Shown here: positions 1-8,779 of the stretch, piece after piece | Layout of the letters: the number at the start of each line of letters is the position of its first letter | How positions within the stretch are numbered: position 1 is the stretch's first letter | Assembly (NCBI GenBank): GCA_944332715.1 | Contig: CALVKN010000068.1 | Coordinates: 11,572-75,571 of the forward strand | Source: an uncultured Bacilli bacterium | Lineage (GTDB): Bacteria > Bacillota_I > Bacilli_A > RF39 > UBA660 | Length of the DNA: 64,000 nucleotides | Reading direction: 5' to 3' | Made by a program: the position numbers and the translations under genes | Notes under the pieces: model-generated | What the model saw: the letters and a program-made list of their open reading frames with translations, nothing else | Told to the model about the DNA's origin: nothing | Databases searched by the model: none

Positions 1-12
1 GAGCACGCCAAG

Positions 13-381
13 ATGTGGTTCAAGGCGCTGCACGGCGACAAGGTGCCCGGCACGGCGGAGAACCTGCTCGACGCGGCCCAGGGCGAGAACTACGAGTGGA
101 CCGACATGTACGCCCAGTTTGCCAAGGAGGCCGAGGAGGAAGGGTTTGCCAAGCTGGCGTTCCAGTTCCGTGCGGTGGCCGGCATCGAAAAGACGCACGA
201 GGAGCGCTATCGCAAGCTGCTCAAGAACGTCGAAGAGTACCGCGTGTTCGAGCGCGACGGCAAGACCTACTGGCAGTGCCGCAACTGCGGCTACATCTTC
301 GAGGGCCCCAAGGCGCCCGAGGTGTGCCCGGTCTGCGCGCATCCGAAGGCTTTCTTCGAGATCCGCTGCGAGAACTACTGA
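13..381 (+). CDS. rbr: Rubrerythrin, 5' partial: ferritin-like diiron domain followed by a C-terminal rubredoxin-like CxxC...CxxC domain
   Basis: C-terminal [10 protein letters not shown]...CPVCAHP rubredoxin-like motif after an EExxH-type ferritin-like region. The ORF runs to the window edge, so it is probably truncated at the 5' end. TGA stop at 379-381. Confidence 0.85.
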   Translation: MWFKALHGDKVPGTAENLLDAAQGENYEWTDMYAQFAKEAEEEGFAKLAFQFRAVAGIEKTHEERYRKLLKNVEEYRVFERDGKTYWQCRNCGYIFEGPKAPEVCPVCAHPKAFFEIRCENY

Positions 382-432
382 GCGCGCTGCGTTCCATCCA
401 TACCTGTCACCGCCGGATGACGGCGGTGCGAA

Positions 433-460
433 AAACGGCCCCGTTTGGGGCCGTTTTTCG
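433..460 (+). terminator. Rho-independent terminator after rubrerythrin
   Basis: Hairpin ACGGCCCCGTTTGGGGCCGT followed by TTTTTCG. Confidence 0.7.
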
Positions 461-654
461 TCAAAATCCCCTATGTTGTGGTTGGCGCGGATGCCCGGCA
501 CAAATATACAAAAGTTTTCCCGGCCAAAATGCAACCAAACGTTTGGCAATCGCGTCTTTATAGTGTAGAATGTTGATACAATGGTTCTGCAAGCAACGAG
601 CCGCGTTCAGATCCTCCGGTTCCGGAGGGGGGCGGCATCAGTTCAAGGAGGGGC

Positions 655-3285
655 ATGAAGATGAAACGTAGGAGACTGTTGAGCCTGTTGCTGGCGCTCG
701 CCATGGTGCTGGCCGTGCTGCCCGTGGCCGGCGCAGCCGAGTCGGACGTGGAGTTCGCCAAGAACACCAGCGGCGCTGAAATTGCGGTGTACAAAACAGA
801 CAGCGCAATGCCCGAGAACAAGATCGGCACCGTGGCGGCCGACGCCGTCGTACCATATCTGGGTACCGAGGGCGAATATTACAAGATTACATATGAAACC
901 GAGGATAGCCAGGAAGGCTATGTGATGAGCAAAAACTTCACGCTGCTCGAGCCCACGCTCGTCGTGAAGGGCGATGGCACGGTCACCGAGGACGGCACCG
1001 AGCACACCGTGACGGCCACGGTCGAGAACGGCACGGGCTACAAGGTCGAATACAAGGTCGACGATGGCGAGTGGAGCGAGACGGCGCCGAGCCTCAAAGA
1101 GGTCGGCAAGCTGTCCATCCAGATCCGCGCGACCAAGGACGGCAAGACGACGCTCGAAAAGGCCGCCACGCTCGAGATCACCCCGAAGCCGGAACCCAAG
1201 CTCGTCGTGACCGGCGCCGGCACGTTCGAGTATGACGGCAAGGCGCATACCGTGACGGCCACCGTTAAAAACGGCGAGGGCTACAAGATCGAGTATTCCA
1301 CCGACGGCGGCCAGAAGTGGAGCGAGACTGCGCCGAGCCTGACCGAGGTTGGCATGCTGACCATCCAGATCCGTGCGACCAAGGCGGAGCAGCCGGAACT
1401 GAAGGAGACGGTGACGCTGGAGGTGACGGCGAAGGCCGAGCCGAAGCTCGTCGTGGAGGGCGCCGGTTCGTTTGAGCATGACGGCAAGGCCCATACCGTG
1501 ACGGCGAAGGTTGAGAACGGCGAGGGCTATACCGTCGAGTATTCGACCGACGGCGGCAAGACCTGGAGCACCACTGCGCCGAGCCTGACCGAGGTGGGCA
1601 AGCTGACCATCAAGATCCGTGCGATCAAGAGCGGGGCGGTCACGCTCACCACGGCGGACGTCACGCTGGAGGTGAAGGCTGCGGCCGAAAAGCCCACGAT
1701 GACCGTCACCGGCGGCAAGCGCGCGTATGACGGCAAGGCGTACACCGTGCTGGTCACGTTTGAAAACGCCAAGGCGGAGGACTTCGACATCGTCTATTCC
1801 ACCGACGGCGGCAAGACCTGGAGCGCCACGATCCCCGGCCAGAGGGAGATCGGCAAGCTGACCATCAAGGTCAAGGCGACGCTCAAGTCTGACAAGAGCG
1901 TCGTGCTCGAGGGCGAGGGCGTGGTCGAGATCATCGCGGGCACCACGACCAAGACCATCGGCACGATCGTGAACTGCCGCGTCAGCGTCAACGTGCGCAA
2001 GGGCGCGAGCAGCAGCACCACGAAGATCGGCGAGGCCAAGAAGGGCGCGCAGTACACCGTGCTGGCCGTCGAGGGCTCCTGGTATAAGGTGCAGTACACC
2101 TCCACCCAGGTGGGCTACATCCACAAGGACTACATCAGCGTCAAGACCGTGACGGAGACGGAGACGCCGGCCGCTTCGAACCAGAAGGTCACGATCGTGA
2201 ACTGCAACAACAGCGTCAACGTGCGCAGCGGCGCCGGCACGAGCTACAGCCTGATCGGCACCGCGCCGAAGAGCGCGCAGTATCGGCTCCTGTCCACGAT
2301 CAAGGTCGGTTCCGAAACGTGGTACAAGGTGCAGTATACGTCCGCCAAGGTGGGCTACATCCGCGGCGACTATATCCAGGTCTCCACCGGCACGCCCGAC
2401 ACGCCGTCTGCCGGCCAGACCGTGACGATCGTGAACTGCAACAACAGCGTCAACGTGCGCGAGGGCGCCGGCACGAACACCAAGAAGCTCGGCACCGCTC
2501 CGAAGGGCGCGACTTACAAGTACCTTGGCATGAGCAGCGATGGCAACTGGTATAAGATCCAGTATACCTCGAGCCAGGTCGCCTACATCCACAAGGATTA
2601 CATCAAGCTGAACGCCGGCTCGACGACGACGCCTGATACGCCGACCGGCAAGACCGCCACGATTGTCAACTGCAACGAGTGGGTCAACGTGCGCGAGGGC
2701 GCCGGTACGAACACCAAGAAGCTCGGCACCGCCCCGAAGGGTAAAACGTATACCTATCTCGGCAAGAGCGGCAACTGGATCCAGGTGCAGTACACTTCCA
2801 CGCAGAAGGGCTATATCTACGCGTCCTATGTGAAGGTGAGCGACAGTTCCTCGGGCGGCAGCACCGGCACCGATACGGCCGCGACCGGCTACGGCTACGT
2901 GGTCAACTGCAACAACAGCGTGAACGTGCGCAGCGGCGCCGGCACGAACAACGGCATCATCGGCACCGCGCCCAAGAGCTATGTCTATCAGATCCTGGGC
3001 AAGAACGGCAGCTGGTACAAGATCCAGTACAAGGCCGACACGGTGGGCTATATCCACGAGAGCTATTTCTCCAAGGCCACGAGCGACACGACCAAGAAGG
3101 CGACCGTCGCCAACTGTGACGAGTGGGTCAACGTCCGCAGCGCGGCGACCACGTCCTCCGCAAAGCTGGGCGAGGCCAAGCTGGGCGCGACGTACACCTA
3201 CCTCAAGACGATGAACAACTACGTCATGGTCATCTACAACGGCCGCGTCGGCTGCATCCACAAGAACTACGCGAAGATCAGCTGA
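655..3285 (+). CDS. Large secreted cell-surface protein: signal peptide, 4 Ig-like (Big-type) repeats of about 80 aa, then 6 bacterial SH3 (SH3b/SH3_3) cell-wall-binding repeats
   Basis: N-terminus MKMKRRRLLSLLLALAMVLAVLPVAGAAES is a signal peptide. Four repeats of the ...KLVVxGAGxFEYDGKAHTVTAxVxNGEGYxxEYSTDGG.xWSxTAPSLTEVGxLTIxIRA... unit. Six repeats of TIVNCNNSVNVRxGAGT..xxIGTAPKxxxYxxLG....WYKxQYTS..GYIxxxYI. SD AAGGAGG upstream; the alternative start ATG at 661 has better spacing. Confidence 0.85.
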   Translation: MKMKRRRLLSLLLALAMVLAVLPVAGAAESDVEFAKNTSGAEIAVYKTDSAMPENKIGTVAADAVVPYLGTEGEYYKITYETEDSQEGYVMSKNFTLLEPTLVVKGDGTVTEDGTEHTVTATVENGTGYKVEYKVDDGEWSETAPSLKEVGKLSIQIRATKDGKTTLEKAATLEITPKPEPKLVVTGAGTFEYDGKAHTVTATVKNGEGYKIEYSTDGGQKWSETAPSLTEVGMLTIQIRATKAEQPELKETVTLEVTAKAEPKLVVEGAGSFEHDGKAHTVTAKVENGEGYTVEYSTDGGKTWSTTAPSLTEVGKLTIKIRAIKSGAVTLTTADVTLEVKAAAEKPTMTVTGGKRAYDGKAYTVLVTFENAKAEDFDIVYSTDGGKTWSATIPGQREIGKLTIKVKATLKSDKSVVLEGEGVVEIIAGTTTKTIGTIVNCRVSVNVRKGASSSTTKIGEAKKGAQYTVLAVEGSWYKVQYTSTQVGYIHKDYISVKTVTETETPAASNQKVTIVNCNNSVNVRSGAGTSYSLIGTAPKSAQYRLLSTIKVGSETWYKVQYTSAKVGYIRGDYIQVSTGTPDTPSAGQTVTIVNCNNSVNVREGAGTNTKKLGTAPKGATYKYLGMSSDGNWYKIQYTSSQVAYIHKDYIKLNAGSTTTPDTPTGKTATIVNCNEWVNVREGAGTNTKKLGTAPKGKTYTYLGKSGNWIQVQYTSTQKGYIYASYVKVSDSSSGGSTGTDTAATGYGYVVNCNNSVNVRSGAGTNNGIIGTAPKSYVYQILGKNGSWYKIQYKADTVGYIHESYFSKATSDTTKKATVANCDEWVNVRSAATTSSAKLGEAKLGATYTYLKTMNNYVMVIYNGRVGCIHKNYAKIS

Positions 3286-3307
3286 CCGCGTTCCATCCAA
3301 ACGCAAC

Positions 3308-3345
3308 GGGAAGCGCCGCAACTTGCGGCGCTTCCTTTGCTTTTT
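3308..3345 (+). terminator. Rho-independent terminator after the surface-protein gene
   Basis: Hairpin GGGAAGCGCCGCAACTTGCGGCGCTTCC followed by TTTGCTTTTTG. Confidence 0.7.
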
Positions 3346-3391
3346 GACCCGTGAGGCTGGAGGACAGGCGGCAGGGAACCGGGGCGCGCGC

Positions 3392-4207
3392 CTACAGCGG
3401 CGCGGAGACGAACCCGTCCGCGGTCAGCACCGCGTATTCCGTAAACCCGACGTCGCGCGCCAGCGCGGCCGCCTCCTGCAGGCCGCAGGCCACGCCCGCG
3501 GCGCTGTGCGCGTCGGCCGAAAACGTGATGCGCCCGCCCCGCTCGCGCACGCGCTCCAGCAGGAAGCGGCGCGGGTACGGCGTCCTGCGGTAGCCGCGGG
3601 CGATGGCGCCGGTGTTCAGCTCCACGATGCAGCCCGCGTCCAGCACCGCGTCCAGCGCCTCGAGCGCATGCGCGCGATAGGCGGCGCTGTCCTCCAAAAA
3701 GGCCGCGCCGCTCTCGTCAAACTTCGTGATCAGGTCGAAGTGGCCGAGGATGTCCGGCCGGCAGCGCGCGGCGAACGCGGCCACGTCGGCATAGTAGCGC
3801 CGGGCGAGGCGCAGCGGGTCGCCGCCATAGGCCGCGCCGAGCTCGTGCAGCAGGCGCGCGCGGCTCTCGTCCACGGCAAACAGCCCCTCGCTGCCGGGCA
3901 GCAGGTGCACCGAGCCGATCCGGTAGTCGAGCGGCAGCGCGGCGTCATAGCCATAGCTGTCCAGCTCCAGCCCGACGAACAGCGCGAGCTGCCCGGCGAG
4001 CGTGCGCTGCAGCGCGCGCGCCTCCGCAAGGTAGCGCGCCGTCTCCTCCGGGGTCATCCAGCACGGTTCGCCCACGACCGGCACGGGCACATACCCGTGT
4101 TCCGAAAAGCCGAGCGAGGAAAGCCCCGCCCGGAGCGCCGCCTCCGCCATGGCCGCGAGCGTGTCCGCCCCGTCCACATAGCGCGAGTGGACGTGCAGCG
4201 TCTGCAC
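3392..4207 (-). CDS. hisK: Histidinol-phosphatase, PHP family (HisK)
   Basis: LHVHSRYVDGAD...FSEHGY...ITFSADAHS PHP-domain motifs. Last gene of the his operon. Start set at the GTG (4207) that best matches the HisK N-terminus. The track ORF extends further upstream into hisIE in another frame, which I treat as spurious. Confidence 0.75.
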   Translation of the reverse strand: MQTLHVHSRYVDGADTLAAMAEAALRAGLSSLGFSEHGYVPVPVVGEPCWMTPEETARYLAEARALQRTLAGQLALFVGLELDSYGYDAALPLDYRIGSVHLLPGSEGLFAVDESRARLLHELGAAYGGDPLRLARRYYADVAAFAARCRPDILGHFDLITKFDESGAAFLEDSAAYRAHALEALDAVLDAGCIVELNTGAIARGYRRTPYPRRFLLERVRERGGRITFSADAHSAAGVACGLQEAAALARDVGFTEYAVLTADGFVSAPL

Positions 4208-4257
4208 CGGCGCGGGGCGCGCGGCGTACCAGGGGGCGGCAGGGGCGTCCGCGCGGT

Positions 4258-4902
4258 TCACTGCATCGTCTCCTGCTTCACCTTGTGGTCGATCACGTGG
4301 CGGCTGGCCAGCTCCGCGCGGATGTCCTCCGGCGTGATGCCCATCTCCGCCATGAGCACGAGCACGTGGTACGCCAGGTCCGACACCTCGAAGATCGTCT
4401 CCTCGCGGCTGCCCTTCATCGCGCCGATCACGACCTCGGTGCACTCTTCGCCCACCTTTTTGAGGATCTTTTCCCGGCCCTTGTCGAACAGGTACGTCGT
4501 GTACGAGCCCGCCGGCCGCTCCGCCTTGCGGCTGAGGAGCAGGCGGTACAGCCCGTCGAGCGAGAACGGCGCCTCCGCCGCGTCGCCGTAGAGCAGCCGG
4601 AAGAAGCACGTGTCCGCGCCCGTGTGGCAGGCCGGCCCGTCCGGCAGCACCTCGACCACGAGCGCGTCGCCGTCGCAGTCGGCGCTGATGCGCACGACGT
4701 GCTGCACGTTGCCGCTCGTCTCGCCCTTGCGCCACAGCGTCTGCCGCGAGCGCGAGTAGAAGCACGTGCGCCTTTCCCGGAGCGTGATCTCGAGGCTCTC
4801 CCGGTTCATGTACGCGAGCGTGAGCACCTGCCGCGTGCGGAAATCCTGCACCACGGCCGGGATCAGGCCGTGCGCGTCAAACTTCAGTTCGTTCAGCTCC
4901 AT
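4258..4902 (-). CDS. hisIE: Bifunctional phosphoribosyl-AMP cyclohydrolase / phosphoribosyl-ATP pyrophosphatase
   Basis: N-terminal HisI region (LAYMNRESL...[20 protein letters not shown]) fused to a C-terminal HisE (MazG-like) region. Confidence 0.9.
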   Translation of the reverse strand: MELNELKFDAHGLIPAVVQDFRTRQVLTLAYMNRESLEITLRERRTCFYSRSRQTLWRKGETSGNVQHVVRISADCDGDALVVEVLPDGPACHTGADTCFFRLLYGDAAEAPFSLDGLYRLLLSRKAERPAGSYTTYLFDKGREKILKKVGEECTEVVIGAMKGSREETIFEVSDLAYHVLVLMAEMGITPEDIRAELASRHVIDHKVKQETMQ

Positions 4903-4918
4903 GGGTCCCCCTTTCCGC

Positions 4919-5695
4919 TCAGGCGCGCGGCGCGCCGGTCAGGCGCACCGGCACGCCCTGGGCGTGCAGATATGTCTTGAGTGTGTGGATGTCGATCTCG
5001 CGGTAGTGGAACACGGAGGCCGCGAGCCCCGCGTCCACGCCCGGCACGCGCGAAAACAGCGTCGCAAAATCCTCCATGCAGCCCGCGCCGCCCGACGCGA
5101 CGACCGGGATGCGCACCCGCGCGGTCACGGCCTCGAGCAGCGGCAGGTCGAAGCCCTGCTTCACGCCGTCGGTGTCGATGCTGTTGACGACCAGCTCGCC
5201 CGCGCCCTCGCCCTCGGCAAAGGCGGCCCAGTCGAGCGCGTCGAGCGCCGTGCGCTCGCGCCCGCCCTTGGCATAGACCGCGTAGCGGCCGCCCTCGCGC
5301 TTCACGTCCATCGAGAGCACGACGCACTGGCTGCCGTAGCGGCGCGCGGCTTCGCCGATGACCGACGGGTTGCGGATGGCGCCGGAGTTGACGCTCACCT
5401 TGTCCGCGCCGCACTGCAGCACGCGGCCAAAGTCGTCCACCGTGTTGATGCTGCCGCCGACCGTCAGCGGGATGAAGATCTCGCGCGCGACGCGCTCGAG
5501 CACGTCGGTGAACAGCGCGCGCCCCTCCGCGCTCGCGGTGATGTCGTAAAAGACCAGCTCGTCCGCGCCGCTCGCGTTGTAAAATCGTGCCAGCGCGACC
5601 GGGTCCTCCACGTCGGCAAGCCCCTGGAAGTTGCGGCCCTTGACCACGCGGCCGTCGCGCACGTCGAGGCAGGGGATGATGCGGCGGGTGATCAT
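4919..5695 (-). CDS. hisF: Imidazole glycerol phosphate synthase, cyclase subunit
   Basis: [16 protein letters not shown]...VNSIDTDG...ASGGAG HisF motifs. 4-nt ATGA overlap with the hisA stop. Confidence 0.92.
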   Translation of the reverse strand: MITRRIIPCLDVRDGRVVKGRNFQGLADVEDPVALARFYNASGADELVFYDITASAEGRALFTDVLERVAREIFIPLTVGGSINTVDDFGRVLQCGADKVSVNSGAIRNPSVIGEAARRYGSQCVVLSMDVKREGGRYAVYAKGGRERTALDALDWAAFAEGEGAGELVVNSIDTDGVKQGFDLPLLEAVTARVRIPVVASGGAGCMEDFATLFSRVPGVDAGLAASVFHYREIDIHTLKTYLHAQGVPVRLTGAPRA

Positions 5696-6423
5696 GCGCG
5701 CGCCCCCTCTCCGGACAGCAGGCGCAGCGCGCGCGGCAGGTCGAGCCGCCCCTCGTACAGCGCGCGCCCGACGATCGCGCCGTGGACGCCCATGTCACAG
5801 AGCGCCTGCAGGTCCGCCTCGCTGGTCACGCCGCCGGAGGCGATGACCGACAGCCCCTCGATGCCGAGCAGCGCGCGGTAGGCGTCGAGGTTGGCGCCCC
5901 GCAGCGCGCCGTCGCGACCGATGTCGGTGTAGATCACGCACCGCACGCCGCGCGCCGCGAGCGACCGGCAAAAGTCCGGGCCGGCCAGTGCGCTCGTCTC
6001 CAGCCAGCCCTCGACGGCGACGCGGCCGCCGCGCACGTCCACGCCCACGGCGACCTGCGCGCCATAGCGCGCGAGCGCCGCGTCCAGCAGCGCCGGGTCC
6101 TTCACGGCCGCGGTGCCGAGGATCACGCGGTCCACGCCCGCGTCCAGGTAGGCTTCGATGCGCGCAAGGCTGCGGATGCCGCCGCCCACCTGCACAAACA
6201 GGCCGGGCAGCGCGGCGATGCGCCCGATGGTGGCAAAGTTGTCCGTGCGGCCGCTGCGCGCGCCGTCCAGGTCGACCACGTGCAGCTTTTTGGCCCCCTG
6301 CGCGGCCAGGTGTTCCGCCGCGTCGAACGCGTCGGGATAGTAGACCGTCTTTTGGGCATAGTCCCCGTGCAGCAGCCGCACGGCGCTGCCGGACAGGATG
6401 TCGATGGCGGGAAACAGCTCCAT
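5692..6423 (-). CDS. hisA: ProFAR isomerase (1-(5-phosphoribosyl)-5-[(5-phosphoribosylamino)methylideneamino]imidazole-4-carboxamide isomerase)
   Basis: MELFPAIDILSGSAVRLLHGDY...ASGGV HisA motifs. The ATG at 6423 was chosen over the longer track ORF. Confidence 0.9.
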   Translation of the reverse strand: MELFPAIDILSGSAVRLLHGDYAQKTVYYPDAFDAAEHLAAQGAKKLHVVDLDGARSGRTDNFATIGRIAALPGLFVQVGGGIRSLARIEAYLDAGVDRVILGTAAVKDPALLDAALARYGAQVAVGVDVRGGRVAVEGWLETSALAGPDFCRSLAARGVRCVIYTDIGRDGALRGANLDAYRALLGIEGLSVIASGGVTSEADLQALCDMGVHGAIVGRALYEGRLDLPRALRLLSGEGARA

Positions 6424-6484
6424 GGCAATACCTCTCGCCCCGCGGGGCGTCCTTCCTCTCGTGTGTGGCGGCGCGCCATGCGCT

Positions 6485-7117
6485 TCAGCGCGCGCCGGCG
6501 GCCTCTTCTGCAAACGCGCGGAGCATGGAAAGCCCCACGTCGCCGCTCTTTTCCGGGTGGAACTGCGCGCCGGCCACGCTGCCGCAGCGCACGAGCGCCG
6601 GCACGGTCACGCCGTATTCGGCCGTGGCCACGAGGCTGTCCGCGCAGCCGGTCGCATAATAGGAGTGGACAAAATACACCGCGTCGCCCTCGCGGCAGCC
6701 GGCGAGCAGCGGGTCGTCCGGGCGCACCAGGTGCAGCGCGTTCCAGCCGATGGCCGGCACCTTGAGGCCCGGCGGCAAATCGCGCTCGAGCGGCTCGACC
6801 GCGCCGGGGATGAGACACAGCCCCTCGTGTGTGCCGAACTCGCTGCTGCGTTCAAACAGCAGCTGCATGCCGAGGCAGATGCCGAACAGCGGCTTGCCGG
6901 CGCGCCCGAGCGCGCGCAGCGGCTCGAACAGCCCGGCGTCGCGCAGCTTCTGCGCCGCGTCGCCAAAGGCGCCCACGCCCGGCAGCAGGATGCCGCCGGC
7001 GTCTTCGAGCGCGCGCACGTCGCGCGTCACCGCCGCGTCATAGCCGAGGTGCACGAGCGACGCCCGCAGCGAAAACAGGTTGCCCACGCCATAGTCGACG
7101 ATCGCGAGGCCGCCCAA
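6485..7117 (-). CDS. hisH: Imidazole glycerol phosphate synthase, glutaminase subunit
   Basis: IAIVDYGVGNL...GICLGMQLL...HSY class-I glutamine amidotransferase motifs. The start is uncertain: TTG at 7117 sits right after the hisB stop and gives a conserved-looking N-terminus, or TTG at 7156 as in the track. Confidence 0.85.
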   Translation of the reverse strand: MGGLAIVDYGVGNLFSLRASLVHLGYDAAVTRDVRALEDAGGILLPGVGAFGDAAQKLRDAGLFEPLRALGRAGKPLFGICLGMQLLFERSSEFGTHEGLCLIPGAVEPLERDLPPGLKVPAIGWNALHLVRPDDPLLAGCREGDAVYFVHSYYATGCADSLVATAEYGVTVPALVRCGSVAGAQFHPEKSGDVGLSMLRAFAEEAAGAR

Positions 7118-7118
7118 C

Positions 7119-7706
7119 TCAGAGCACCCCCTTGGTCGACGGGATCTCCCCGGCAAACGCCGGGTCCGGCGCGACGGCCTGCCTGAGCGCCCGCCCGAGG
7201 CCCTTGAACGCCGCCTCGAGGATGTGGTGCGAGTTGCGCCCGGCCAGCTGCCGCACGTGCAGCGTGAGCCCCGCGGCGCGGGAAAGCGCGAGCAGGAATT
7301 CCTCGCCCAGCTCCGTGTCGAACGTGCCCACGCGCGGCGCGGGGCAGCTGAGGCCGCACGCGAGGTACGCCCGGCCGCTCACGTCCAGCGCGACCTCTAC
7401 GAGCGCCTCGTCCATCGGCAGCACCATGTGCCCATAGCGCCGAATGCCGCGGCAGTCGCCCAGCGCGGCGCGCAGCGCCTGCCCGAGCGTCAGCCCCACG
7501 TCCTCCACCGTGTGGTGCGCGTCCACGTCCAGATCGCCGCGGCACGCGACCGTGAGGCCGAAGCGCCCGTGGCGCGCAAAGAGCGTGAGCATGTGGTCGA
7601 AAAAGCCGCAGCCCGTGTCGATTTCGACCGGGTCGGCGCAGTCGAGCCGCAGCGTGAGCGCGATGTCCGTTTCGCTGGTCGTGCGCGTGAGCGTGGATTC
7701 TCTCAT
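7119..7706 (-). CDS. hisB: Imidazoleglycerol-phosphate dehydratase
   Basis: RTTSETDI...DAHHTVEDVGL...HHILEAAFKGLGRAL IGPD motifs. ATG at 7706; 4-nt ATGA overlap with the hisC stop. Confidence 0.92.
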   Translation of the reverse strand: MRESTLTRTTSETDIALTLRLDCADPVEIDTGCGFFDHMLTLFARHGRFGLTVACRGDLDVDAHHTVEDVGLTLGQALRAALGDCRGIRRYGHMVLPMDEALVEVALDVSGRAYLACGLSCPAPRVGTFDTELGEEFLLALSRAAGLTLHVRQLAGRNSHHILEAAFKGLGRALRQAVAPDPAFAGEIPSTKGVL

Positions 7707-8776
7707 ACCGTTCCCTCCCGTAAGATTGCCGCCGTCTCCGATAGCAGCGTGTCCATCTGTTCGTCCGTGCCGATCGTGATGCGCACAAAGTCGGCGATGC
7801 CGGGCTTGTCGAAGTGCCGCACCAGCACGCCGCGCGCCTTGAGCTGCGCGTACAGCGTCCCGCCCGCGATGGCCGGGTGCCGCGCGAACACGAAGTTCGC
7901 CAGCGACGGCAGCACCGAAAAGCCCAGCGCGGCGAGCGCCGCGGCGGTGCGCGCGCGCGTCTGCCGGATAGCGCCGGTGCAGGCGGCAAAATACGCCTCG
8001 TCCTCCATGGCCGCGAGCCCCGCCAGCTGCCCGGTGCGCGACACGTTGTAGGGGTTGAAGCTGAACTTCACCGTGTTCAGGTCTTGGATGAGCGCGGCGT
8101 CGCCGAGCGCCATGCCGAGCCGCATGCCGGCCAGGTTGCGCGACTTGGAGAAGGTCTGCACCACGAGCAGGTTGTCGTAGCGCCCAAGTAGCGGCACGGC
8201 GCTCTCCGCGCCGAAGTCCACGTACGCCTCGTCGATGACGACGACCCGGTCCGGGTTCTCCCGCACGATGGTTTCCACCTGCGCGCGCGAGAGCGCCATG
8301 CCGGTGGGCGCGTTCGGGTTGGCGAGCACGATCGTGCGGCCGAGGCGGAAATAGTCCTCCGGCGCGATGGAGAAGTCCGGCCGCAGCGGCACCTGCAGCG
8401 CGTCGGTGCGCGTGAGCGCCGCGTAGACCGGGTAAAACCCGTACGATACGGCCGGGAAGGCCACGCCGCACGACGGCGGGCAGAACGCCAGGAAGCAGAA
8501 CGCCAGCAGCTCATCCGAGCCGTTGCCGACGAGCACCTGCGCCTCCGTGAGGCCGTAGCGCCGCGCAATGGCGGCCGTGAGCGCGCCCGCGGCCGGGTCG
8601 GGATAGCGGTTGAGCAGCGCCGCGGCGTCCGCGTCCGCCACCGCCGCGACGACCTTTCTCGACGGCGGGAACGGGCTCTCGTTCGTGTTCAGCTTGACAT
8701 ACCGCCGGTTTTGCGGCTGCTCGCCCGGCGTATACGGGGCGAGCGCGGCCAGGCGCGGGTCCAGGAAACGGCTCAT
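7703..8776 (-). CDS. hisC: Histidinol-phosphate aminotransferase
   Basis: KLNTNESPFPP...TFSKSRNLAGMRLG class-II aminotransferase motifs. ATG at 8776. Confidence 0.92.
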   Translation of the reverse strand: MSRFLDPRLAALAPYTPGEQPQNRRYVKLNTNESPFPPSRKVVAAVADADAAALLNRYPDPAAGALTAAIARRYGLTEAQVLVGNGSDELLAFCFLAFCPPSCGVAFPAVSYGFYPVYAALTRTDALQVPLRPDFSIAPEDYFRLGRTIVLANPNAPTGMALSRAQVETIVRENPDRVVVIDEAYVDFGAESAVPLLGRYDNLLVVQTFSKSRNLAGMRLGMALGDAALIQDLNTVKFSFNPYNVSRTGQLAGLAAMEDEAYFAACTGAIRQTRARTAAALAALGFSVLPSLANFVFARHPAIAGGTLYAQLKARGVLVRHFDKPGIADFVRITIGTDEQMDTLLSETAAILREGTV

Positions 8777-8779
8777 CGT

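Noticed and set aside
643-3321. 892-aa ORF on the minus strand opposite the surface-protein gene.
   Set aside because: Antisense to a well-supported, repeat-structured gene with a signal peptide and SD. Arg/Ala/Gly-rich composition is typical of GC-driven spurious ORFs. No domain recognisable.
3392-4765. Track ORF of 457 aa on the minus strand, interpreted in the track as one gene.
   Set aside because: Only the C-terminal about 270 aa (from the GTG near 4207) is the PHP histidinol phosphatase. The upstream part overlaps hisIE in a different frame and has no similarity to anything, so I call the shorter gene.
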